Shown: positions 17,420 through 24,000 of the stretch, in pieces
How the letters are laid out: each line of letters starts with the position of its first letter
How positions within the stretch are numbered: the first letter of the stretch is position 1
Assembly: GCA_963830155.1 (NCBI GenBank)
Contig: CAWHLE010000024.1
Span: forward strand, 179,602-203,601
Reading direction: 5' to 3'
Length of the DNA: 24,000 nt
From: an uncultured delta proteobacterium
Lineage (GTDB): Bacteria > Desulfobacterota > DSM-4660 > Desulfatiglandales > Desulfatiglandaceae
Program-made: the position numbers and the translations under genes
The notes under the pieces: generated by a model
Told to the model about the DNA's origin: nothing
The model's input: the letters and a program-made list of their open reading frames with translations, nothing else
The model's database searches: none

Positions 17420-18668
17420 AACGACGCTAGAAAACGGTGTCAGGATCATATCGGAAAAGGTGGACTTCCTCCGATCCGTCTCCCTGGGGCTATGGGTGAA
17501 CACCGGATCCCGGGATGAAGATGCACGGAAAAATGGCATCACCCACTTCATCGAGCACATGATCTTCAAGGGGACCCGCAAACGGACGGGACCGCAAATC
17601 GCCAAGGAACTGGACGCCGTCGGCGGCCTTTCGAACGGATTTACCGGTAAGGAAAACACCTGTTTTCATGCAAGGGTGCTGGGCAAGCACTTCGCCACCC
17701 TTTCGGACATCCTGGGAGACATCTTCCTCCATTCCCTCTTTGACCCGGGGGACATGGAGCTTGAGCGACAGGTCATCCTCCAGGAGATCAGCATGGTGGA
17801 AGACACACCCGACGAAAATATCCATGAGCTCTTCAGCAACATGTTCTGGATGGACCACCCCATCGGTCTGCCTATCCTGGGGACGGGGAACACGGTTTCG
17901 GCCATCGCGCAGGCCGATATCCTGAGCCACATGAAGCAATTTCGCTCCCCTGACAAGATCCTGGTGGCTGCCGCCGGAAACGTGGATCATGAAAGCCTTG
18001 TCAGGATGTTCAGGGAACTGTTCGAATCCATTGAGAAAGGAGGCCCAGATCCGCGGGCAACCGTCTCCCCCCGTGCCAAGGGCGGTGTCGCCACCCACTA
18101 CAAAGATCTTGAGCAGGTTCACGTCTGCCTCGGGGGGGATGGTCCCCCGCTCAACAGTGAAAAACGCTTCCCCTGCGCCATCTTGAATACCATCCTGGGG
18201 GGCAACATGAGTTCCCGCCTCTTTCAGGAGATCCGTGAGAAACGCGGTTTGGCCTACTCGGTCTACTCTTTTGTCTCTTCATATAGGGACACGGGGGTCT
18301 TCGGCGTGTATCTGGCCACCGAGCGCCAGAACGTGAATCCATCCCTTAAGACCATCCAGGCTGAGGTCAAGCGAATCCTCGCGGGTGACATCGCTCCGGC
18401 TGACCTTGATGCGGCCAAGGAGCATCTGGTCGGCGGCATCTATCTCAGTTCGGAGAGTGCGGACAGCCGCATGATGCGTATCGCAAAGAACGAGCTCGTT
18501 TTCGAGAGATATGTGAGCTTTGAAGAACTGGCGGAGCGTCTGGAGAAGGTGACCACGGATGACGTGGTGGGGGTCACGCACGAGATTTTTCGTGACGGCC
18601 GGATCTCGCTGACGACGCTTGGCCCCTTCACCAACGATGAAGTGGATGCTGGTTGCCTGGAATTCTGA
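17409..18668 (+). CDS. M16 family (pitrilysin/insulinase-like) zinc peptidase
   Basis: The inverted zinc motif HxxEH is present in GITHFIEHMIFKGT, along with the typical start MYRKTTLENGVRII and two M16 halves. ATG 17409 overlaps the pnp stop by 11 nt. The track ORF start at 17352 lies inside pnp. Confidence 0.88.
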   Translation: MYRKTTLENGVRIISEKVDFLRSVSLGLWVNTGSRDEDARKNGITHFIEHMIFKGTRKRTGPQIAKELDAVGGLSNGFTGKENTCFHARVLGKHFATLSDILGDIFLHSLFDPGDMELERQVILQEISMVEDTPDENIHELFSNMFWMDHPIGLPILGTGNTVSAIAQADILSHMKQFRSPDKILVAAAGNVDHESLVRMFRELFESIEKGGPDPRATVSPRAKGGVATHYKDLEQVHVCLGGDGPPLNSEKRFPCAILNTILGGNMSSRLFQEIREKRGLAYSVYSFVSSYRDTGVFGVYLATERQNVNPSLKTIQAEVKRILAGDIAPADLDAAKEHLVGGIYLSSESADSRMMRIAKNELVFERYVSFEELAERLEKVTTDDVVGVTHEIFRDGRISLTTLGPFTNDEVDAGCLEF

Positions 18669-18674
18669 GACAAG

Positions 18675-18753
18675 AGATGTGAGATGATGGGATAAAGGAT
18701 CGAGCGCTTTGACCCGTGCCTCGTGCTTTTCGTCCTTCTCACATCTCACATCT
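18675..18753 (+). repeat. 12-bp perfect inverted repeat (AGATGTGAGATG / CATCTCACATCT) flanking a 55-nt spacer in the M16-dut intergenic region
   Basis: Arm 1 at 18675-18686 is the exact reverse complement of arm 2 at 18742-18753. Arm 2 ends 2 nt before the AAAAGGAGG ribosome-binding site (18756-18764). No T tract follows, so it is not a classical terminator. Confidence 0.75.
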
Positions 18754-18770
18754 GCAAAAGGAGGCTTGAA

Positions 18771-19226
18771 CTGGAGAGGGTCCTTGTCAGGATTCGGAAG
18801 GTGGGCGAAAAGGCCGCGTTCTCGATGCCCGAATACCAGACCGATGGAGCATCGGGTATGGATGTGCGGGCCTGTCTGGAGGCGCCTAATGTCCTCAATC
18901 CTGGAGAGATCCGTTTCATTCCAACGGGACTATCCATTTCTCTGCCGCCAGGCTACGAGGCCCAGATCCGCCCCAGGAGCGGCCTTGCCTTCCGGCACGG
19001 CGTCGGGATGGTGAACTCGCCCGGGACGATCGATTCCGACTTTAGGGGGGAGATCGGCGTGCTCCTCGTCAACTGGGGGAAAGAACCCTTTTGCGTCCGA
19101 CATGGTGACCGTATCGCACAAATGGTCATCACCCGTGTGTACCGGGCAGAGCTTGTCGTGGTGGAAGAGGAACTGGACGGGACCCCCAGGGGAGTCGGTG
19201 GGTTCGGCCACACGGGGATCCGTTGA
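18771..19226 (+). CDS. dut: dUTP diphosphatase (dUTPase)
   Basis: Motifs are [41 protein letters not shown] and the C-terminal [10 protein letters not shown]. The start is uncertain. Alignment to E. coli Dut needs the LVRIRKV strand, and the only strong SD (GGAGG 18760-18764) is 6 nt before an in-frame CTG at 18771, giving 151 aa. GTG 18723 (track, no SD) and GTG 18801 are the alternatives. Confidence 0.85.
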   Translation: MERVLVRIRKVGEKAAFSMPEYQTDGASGMDVRACLEAPNVLNPGEIRFIPTGLSISLPPGYEAQIRPRSGLAFRHGVGMVNSPGTIDSDFRGEIGVLLVNWGKEPFCVRHGDRIAQMVITRVYRAELVVVEEELDGTPRGVGGFGHTGIR

Positions 19227-20008
19227 TGGGGCGAGTGCGCTTTTCGGCCCTTGCGTCTGGGAGCGGTGGAAACGCCTGCTACGTCGAAACAAACCATGCA
19301 AGAATCCTCATTGACGCGGGCATCAGCTGCCGGGACCTGGTCCAACGGCTCAAGAAGATTGGAGCGGATCCCGAAGGGCTCGACGCCCTGATTATCACTC
19401 ATGAACATTTGGACCATGTGCGGGGCGCCGGCGCCGTGGCACGCCGGTTCGATCTTCCGGTCTACGTCAACCGCAGGACCTATGAGCGGGGCCGTAAGAC
19501 CCTTGGAAATCTCCCAAAGCCGATTCTTTTTCACACCGGACAGACTCTGACTATCCGAGACCTGAATGTGGAGACCTTCACCAAGTGCCATGATGCCGCA
19601 GACCCGGTGGGTGTGGTCGTGGGGTGGGACGGGTGCCGGTTGGGGCTTGTAACCGATCTGGGGCGACCGACCCGTCTCGTTGAAGATCGGTTAAAGACGT
19701 GCCGGACGGTCATCCTGGAATTCAACCATGATCTGTCCATGCTTGAACAGGGGCCCTATCCTCTTTTCCTCAAACGGAGAATCAAGGGCCCGGACGGCCA
19801 TTTGTCTAACGTGCAGGCAGGTGAGATTCTCGGGGGCCTGTGCCATGGAGAGATGGAGAGGGTGGTGCTTGCCCACCTCAGCGAGATCAATAACACCGTT
19901 GAGAAGGCACTCGAACACGCACATGAGGCCCTGGAGCAATACGGCCATTGGGCAGGAGAGGTTGTGGTAAGCGCTCAGAACGAACCCATGCCCCTGGTGG
20001 AACTGTGA
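19226..20008 (+). CDS. MBL-fold metallo-hydrolase (YycJ/PhnP-like)
   Basis: The HxHxDH motif is present in LIITHEHLDHVRG, the N-terminus reads RFSALASGSGGNACYVE, and later His/Asp ligands are present (KCHDAADPVG, LAHLS). ATG 19226 overlaps the dut stop in TGATG. Confidence 0.85.
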   Translation: MGRVRFSALASGSGGNACYVETNHARILIDAGISCRDLVQRLKKIGADPEGLDALIITHEHLDHVRGAGAVARRFDLPVYVNRRTYERGRKTLGNLPKPILFHTGQTLTIRDLNVETFTKCHDAADPVGVVVGWDGCRLGLVTDLGRPTRLVEDRLKTCRTVILEFNHDLSMLEQGPYPLFLKRRIKGPDGHLSNVQAGEILGGLCHGEMERVVLAHLSEINNTVEKALEHAHEALEQYGHWAGEVVVSAQNEPMPLVEL

Positions 20009-20022
20009 TGGGAGGGGCTGAA

Positions 20023-20244
20023 ATGGCGACGGTTGATTCGGTTGACCGGCCCGTTTCAAATGCGAGGAGACGCAGGAAGAAAGCATACCTTTGCAGCTGC
20101 TGCGGCACGTCCCCACCCTTCTGTTGGACCTGCCCGTGCGGTTTTCAGATCTGTAATACCTGCATGGAAGAAAACCTCTGGGGCTTCACCTGCAGTGGAG
20201 TGAACTGGCAGTGTCCCGACTGTGGGGCGTTGAGGCCTTTTTAA
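20023..20244 (+). CDS. small cysteine-rich putative zinc-binding protein (73 aa, 11 Cys), RING-like Cys spacing
   Basis: ATG 20023 is preceded by GGGAGGGG 5 nt upstream. An in-frame ATG at 20008 overlaps the MBL stop (TGATG). The product is MATVDSVDRPVSNARRRRKKAYLCSCCGTSPPFCWTCPCGFQICNTCMEENLWGFTCSGVNWQCPDCGALRPF. I recognise no named family for it. Confidence 0.6.
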   Translation: MATVDSVDRPVSNARRRRKKAYLCSCCGTSPPFCWTCPCGFQICNTCMEENLWGFTCSGVNWQCPDCGALRPF

Positions 20245-20277
20245 AGATCATGAAGAGGGGTTGCGAGAGGCCAAGTC

Positions 20278-20799
20278 ATGGAAGCCACAGTGATTGATGC
20301 CTATTTTTATGCCCTGTCAAGGGTCATCGATGCCATTTACAGGGATGATGAAACGCTTGACGATGTCCTTTATTTCATCGTCTCCCTCGCCACGGAATTG
20401 ACCGGCGCAAAGGGAAGCACCATCCGCGTCCTTGAACAGGATACCTTTAATCTCAAGATCGTCTCCAGCTATGGGTTGAGTGAGACTTATCTGAAATCGG
20501 GCGCCATCGACCGCGGGAAGAGCATTACCGAGATCCTGCAAGGAGACATTATCATCATCAACGAATTTGAAAAAGACCCTCGTATCGAGCATCTGGAGGC
20601 GGCCGAACGAGAAGGGGTGAAGGCCGTCATCGGCATCCCGTTCACGGTCAACGAGACCACCTACAGTATCCTCCGGGTCTACTTTCCCGCAAAGAAGGTC
20701 CCCACCCATGAGGAGATGGAGCTCCTGAAGAGTTTGGGGAGGCTTAGCTGCCTCGCCATGGATCGTGCGGTGCTAAGCGATATTCGAAACACTGTGTAA
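20278..20799 (+). CDS. stand-alone GAF domain protein
   Basis: The 173-aa product has a GAF-like pattern (LDDVLYFIVSLATELTGAKGSTIRVLEQDTFNLKIVSSYGLS...AVIGIPFTVNETTYSILRVYF...EEMELLKSLGRLSCLAM). GAGAGG lies 7 nt before the ATG. There is no attached output domain. Confidence 0.7.
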   Translation: MEATVIDAYFYALSRVIDAIYRDDETLDDVLYFIVSLATELTGAKGSTIRVLEQDTFNLKIVSSYGLSETYLKSGAIDRGKSITEILQGDIIIINEFEKDPRIEHLEAAEREGVKAVIGIPFTVNETTYSILRVYFPAKKVPTHEEMELLKSLGRLSCLAMDRAVLSDIRNTV

Positions 20800-21269
20800 T
20801 GAAGGTCATCGAGAATCCTTGCCTCCACGTTGTTCTCTATCAGCCTGAAATTCCTGCCAACACGGGGAACATCGCCCGGCTTTGCGGCGCGGCGGAATTG
20901 AGCCTCCACCTCATCCATCCCCTGGGATTCAAGACCGACGACCGCAATCTGAAGCGGGCAGGATTGGATTACTGGGCGGAAGTGGATGTCCGTCACCATC
21001 TCAGCTTCGATGCATTCCTGAAGACCCTGACCTGCGGGGCGCGATTGCACGCCTTCAGCACCCACGCGTCTACCCCTTACACCAGCGCGACGGTTCACCG
21101 GGGCGACTTCCTGATCTTCGGTCCCGAGACAAGGGGACTACCATCCCACATCCGTGAAGGCTACCCTTCTTATACCATCCCCATCTGGGGCCGGGTACGC
21201 AGCCTGAACCTCTCAACGAGCGTGGGAATCGTTACATACCATTACCTGCACCAAATGGGACGATTTTGA
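20799..21269 (+). CDS. trmL: tRNA (cytidine/uridine-2'-O-)-methyltransferase TrmL (SpoU/TrmH family)
   Basis: The sequence LHVVLYQPEIPANTGNIARLCGAAELSLHLIHPLGFKTDDRNLKRAGLDYW is diagnostic, together with LIFGPETRGLP and RSLNLSTSVGIVTYH from the SPOUT knot. The ATG overlaps the GAF stop in TAATG. Confidence 0.9.
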   Translation: MKVIENPCLHVVLYQPEIPANTGNIARLCGAAELSLHLIHPLGFKTDDRNLKRAGLDYWAEVDVRHHLSFDAFLKTLTCGARLHAFSTHASTPYTSATVHRGDFLIFGPETRGLPSHIREGYPSYTIPIWGRVRSLNLSTSVGIVTYHYLHQMGRF

Positions 21270-21313
21270 GATGTGAAGAATCGTTAATGGCGCGCAAGAA
21301 TGGCCCTTGGCTT

Positions 21314-21547
21314 CTACAATTCTTTTAAAAGGGGGAGTCTTTTGCCGAGTGATTCCAGGACGTCATCGACCTGGGCCAGCTTGAGAATCCCCTGTTCCAA
21401 TAGAATGCGTCCTATAAGCCTGTGCTTGCCGCATTCAACATCCTCCAGGACCTGGACCCTCATGGCCTCCACAATCTGTTCGGCTGTCACGAATCCCTTT
21501 TCCACGGCCACGATTCCAAAGCGTTTCTCTAGGTGCTCTGTTTCCAT
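21314..21547 (-). CDS. small hypothetical protein (77 aa) with two MshEN/T2SS-E N-domain-like helical motifs
   Basis: ATG 21547 is preceded by GGAG 7 nt upstream, and the track start at 21580 is a TTG. The product is METEHLEKRFGIVAVEKGFVTAEQIVEAMRVQVLEDVECGKHRLIGRILLEQGILKLAQVDDVLESLGKRLPLLKEL. It starts 57 nt downstream of the TPR-LysM gene stop (21605), on the same strand. Confidence 0.55.
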   Translation of the reverse strand: METEHLEKRFGIVAVEKGFVTAEQIVEAMRVQVLEDVECGKHRLIGRILLEQGILKLAQVDDVLESLGKRLPLLKEL

Positions 21548-21604
21548 CTTAGGACTCCGGAATGAATAGGGGTTGCCCAACGATAGCCTGACGGGCTCAG
21601 GCCG

Positions 21605-22693
21605 CTATTGAAGCTTTTTCAGCAAAATATCCAGCTTCTGAATATCCTGCCCGGCCTTTGAATGATTGGGATTGAGCCGCAGGGTTTCCTGCCACTCCTT
21701 CAGGGCTTCCTCGAATTTTTCTTCATTATAGTACGCCATTCCTTTTTTGTAATGAAGTTCGGCCCTGTTTTCGAGATACTTCTGAATGTGGCCGGTGATT
21801 TCTCCTGTATTTTTGTAGTCCATGGGCACGTTCCGGAGTGCCGAGAGGGCTTCCTCATAGCGGCGTTCACGGAAAAAAAGCGTTCCCAGATGATAGTAGG
21901 CGTCCTGGGCCAGGCCGATGGCTTCCCGGTTGGTGGGGTCGTGCCCCAAGACCGTTTCCGCTGCGGAAATGGTCTCCTGGTATTTGCCTTTCTGGAAGTC
22001 GTTTCTGGCCTCCTTCAGGGCCGTTTCAGGATAAGCGGGACGGGCTTTTGAAGAAAGCACGCCTTGAAGGACAGGGAGCCTCAACGTGAGCCCGGGGCCT
22101 TCCTGCCGATCCTCCTCAATGCCCGTGAGATAGGCAATCACGAAGCTCAGATTGGGGTCGTTGTATACCCGTTGGGCAATGACCTTCGGGGTTTCACCGC
22201 CTTTTGTCTCGTAAGCGATGAAATCGGACCCATTTTCGTGCATGCGCTTGAGATGGGTGAGGGCCGCTTCGTGGTGAGGGTCGTAGGCGAGGCAAGAAAG
22301 AAACGCCCTTTGAGCGCCGCGCATGTCACCCTGTTGATAGCGTTTGAGTCCTGCTTCGTAATGGCGAGACGCCTCAACTTCAATATGACTTTCAATGCGC
22401 TTGATCGCCGCTTCAGGCCTTGGATCTGAGGGGGAGAGTCGATGGGTGATCCTCCAGCACAGCAAAGCCTCCTGAAGGTCCCCACGCTTTTCATGCTCAA
22501 CCGCCCTTTTTGCGTATGATTCATAGACAACCCGGAACGAATCCCCATCCGTCTGTGGCAGCGCTGATTTTCCGGCCAGTGGGATGGAACAACTTTGGAT
22601 CATCAGGACTAAAACAGAGAAGAGCACAACGTCCTTGATGCATAACAAGAAACGGAAGGGCTTTCCAGGGCTATCTTTGCCGAAGAAACCCAC
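21605..22693 (-). CDS. TPR-repeat protein with central LysM-like domain, probable lipoprotein
   Basis: The hydrophobic N-terminus ends in LMIQSC, which is lipobox-like. TPR-like repeats flank YETKGGETPKVIAQRVYNDPNLSFVIAYLTGIEEDRQEGPGLTLRLPVL, which follows the LysM pattern. The start is uncertain: GTG 22693 (track), TTG 22648 or GTG 22627. Confidence 0.7.
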   Translation of the reverse strand: MGFFGKDSPGKPFRFLLCIKDVVLFSVLVLMIQSCSIPLAGKSALPQTDGDSFRVVYESYAKRAVEHEKRGDLQEALLCWRITHRLSPSDPRPEAAIKRIESHIEVEASRHYEAGLKRYQQGDMRGAQRAFLSCLAYDPHHEAALTHLKRMHENGSDFIAYETKGGETPKVIAQRVYNDPNLSFVIAYLTGIEEDRQEGPGLTLRLPVLQGVLSSKARPAYPETALKEARNDFQKGKYQETISAAETVLGHDPTNREAIGLAQDAYYHLGTLFFRERRYEEALSALRNVPMDYKNTGEITGHIQKYLENRAELHYKKGMAYYNEEKFEEALKEWQETLRLNPNHSKAGQDIQKLDILLKKLQ

Positions 22694-22817
22694 TCAGCGT
22701 GTGTATGAGATGTTCCACCGTCTCTCGATCCTCTGCATCAACCATGACCCAGGAAACGCCCTTCCCGGGCGGATAGCCCGAGGAAGGTGCATACCATGAG
22801 AGCGGGTATACACATGG

Positions 22818-23848
22818 TCAATCCAGGGCCTCGGCATCGAAAACGCCCAGCTCTTTGGCGAATCTGGGCAGATCAAATTCCCCATAAATCATGGAGCGGC
22901 CCACGCGATAGGGATTCACAAAAAAGGGATTGCTCTTTCGTTCGACCGTGAGACCGCCGCGAAATCCCAACTTCATTAGGAGGCTTTCCACCAGCGGGTT
23001 GGTATCGCCGTACGGATAGGCCACATATTTCACGTCGGCCCCTGTCTTTTCCCGAATAATGGCGGCCGATTCCAGGACCTCCACTTTGAGTGCCTCAAAG
23101 TAATCCCTGAATGATTCCGATGGCCGCCATCCCCGCAAAGCTGCGATGGGTTTTTGAGTGGCATTGCAGGTCCATCCCTCTCCTGGCCATTTCCTGGAGT
23201 TGCTTCCAGTCCAAGGTCTTTTGGTTTCCCGTGATCAGGTCCGTATAGACGAAAAGGGTGGCGGGGTAACCATATTTTCGTAAAATCGGAAAGGCGATGT
23301 CATAAACCGATCGCCACCCGTCATCAATGGTGATGACCACGGCCTTTTGTGGTATCTGTTTCTTCGAACGCCATAAAGTCGAACAAATGGTCGAGAGGGA
23401 TGACATGAAAACCATTGTCCCTCAGGAAGCGCATCTGGGCTTCAAAGGCCGACGCCGTGACGGTCATCTGGTCCGACCGGGTTTCCGAGAATTTGTGGTA
23501 GGTGAGAACGGGCACCGTCTGGTAGCCCCTGAGGGTGAGGCCCCCTTTGCGATAATCCTCCAGCGGGACCACGAAGGGATCCCCCGGATGAAACGTCTTT
23601 GTTTCATTGAATTCCTGGACAAGCCACGCCTTGGATGGGTCATTCAGGTAGCGCGTCGCCAGGGAGGCGGGGCTCTCATCCCCTCTGGCCACTCCCGCCA
23701 CGAAAGAGGGGAAAACGAGGGGTTTCGGCTCAGGCGGTGGGAGACTTGAAGGGACGGTTGAGACCCGGGTCGGACCACAGCCGGTCATCAGCGTCAAGAC
23801 GGCAGAAAACCACCAGATCCAAATCTCATCCGCGGCAAGGGTAACCAT
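22818..23848 (-). pseudogene. polysaccharide deacetylase (NodB-homology, PgaB/IcaB-like) lipoprotein, broken into three frames by two +1 frame shifts
   Basis: Three consecutive - strand ORFs (23848..23324, 23415..23095, 23138..22818) read as one protein. The parts are a lipoprotein signal (AVLTLMTGC), VPVLTYHKF, NodB motif 1 (VVITIDDGW), motif 2 (HSKTH) and motif 3 (YVAYPYG). The frame changes lie near 23359-23361 (A3 run) and 23131-23134 (G4 run). Confidence 0.8.
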
Positions 23849-23862
23849 TGTGAAAGACTGGT

Positions 23863-24000
23863 TTAATTGCGGCCTTCATCCTCTGTGAACGATTGGAAGC
23901 GGAAAATTTCCCACGGCTCGGTCCTCTCCATAATCTCACGGGGAGGCACTGGTCTCACGGAGACCTTTCCCTCGATTTTTCGATAGACATCCTTGCTGAT
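23863..24000 (-). CDS. 3' end of an unidentified CDS that begins beyond the window
   Basis: The frame is open from the window edge to TAA at 23865-23863 and reads ...ISKDVYRKIEGKVSVRPVPPREIMERTEPWEIFRFQSFTEDEGRN. The stop lies 14 nt upstream of the deacetylase ATG, which suggests co-transcription. I recognise no family from 45 residues. Confidence 0.4.
   Translation of the reverse strand: MSKDVYRKIEGKVSVRPVPPREIMERTEPWEIFRFQSFTEDEGRN

Noticed and set aside
16622-19591. Long antisense ORFs of 210-213 aa opposite pnp (16622-17263), the M16 peptidase (17490-18122) and dut/MBL (18953-19591).
   Set aside because: Each lies entirely within well-supported sense genes and has no motifs. Their composition is what reverse-frame reading of GC3-rich codons produces.
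20023-20244. The Cys-rich peptide as a RiPP precursor (SCIFF/ranthipeptide-like) or a metallothionein.
   Set aside because: There is no radical-SAM/SPASM maturase, protease or exporter nearby. The paired CxxC/CxC spacing with conserved hydrophobic residues looks like a structural zinc finger rather than a modified peptide core.
20278-20799. The GAF protein as free methionine-R-sulfoxide reductase (MsrC/YebR).
   Set aside because: The conserved catalytic cysteines of that enzyme family are absent. Only one Cys is present, near the C-terminus.
1-24000. A search for CRISPR repeats, IS elements or transposase ends, toxin-antitoxin pairs and defence islands.
   Set aside because: By eye I found no regularly spaced direct repeats, no transposase, integrase or nuclease-helicase defence-type ORFs, and no long terminal inverted repeats. 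The only repeats found are the 17/18-nt infB tandem and the 12-bp dut-leader inverted repeat.

Overview
This is a GC-rich bacterial chromosomal window made up almost entirely of conserved housekeeping genes. I found no CRISPR array, transposase, integrase, prophage or recognisable defence system. Layout: mutS (3' part) and an AmiC-like amidase on the + strand; then prfB (with its classical programmed +1 frameshift), lnt and corC on the - strand; then a roughly 14 kb co-directional + strand gene string. That string runs tRNA-Gly(CCC), rimP, nusA, ylxR, infB, DUF503, rbfA, DHH phosphoesterase, truB, rpsO, pnp, M16 peptidase, dut, MBL-fold hydrolase, a small Cys-rich protein, a GAF protein and trmL. 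The window ends with a - strand envelope cluster: a partial gene, a polysaccharide deacetylase lipoprotein, a TPR+LysM lipoprotein and a small MshEN-like protein. The less ordinary items are all modest and need external searches. (1) A 73-aa protein with 11 Cys whose spacing resembles a RING-type cross-brace zinc finger. (2) A 77-aa protein with two copies of the helical motif that defines c-di-GMP-binding MshEN/T2SS-E N-domains, placed after the deacetylase and TPR-LysM genes. (3) Three non-programmed +1 frame breaks, one in essential infB and two in the deacetylase, each near a short homopolymer; these are most simply sequencing or assembly indels. (4) Two terminator-like hairpins between the tRNA and rimP, which could form a NusA-type attenuator. 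(5) A 12-bp inverted repeat just upstream of the dut ribosome-binding site. I do not see convincing evidence for a wholly new multi-gene system.
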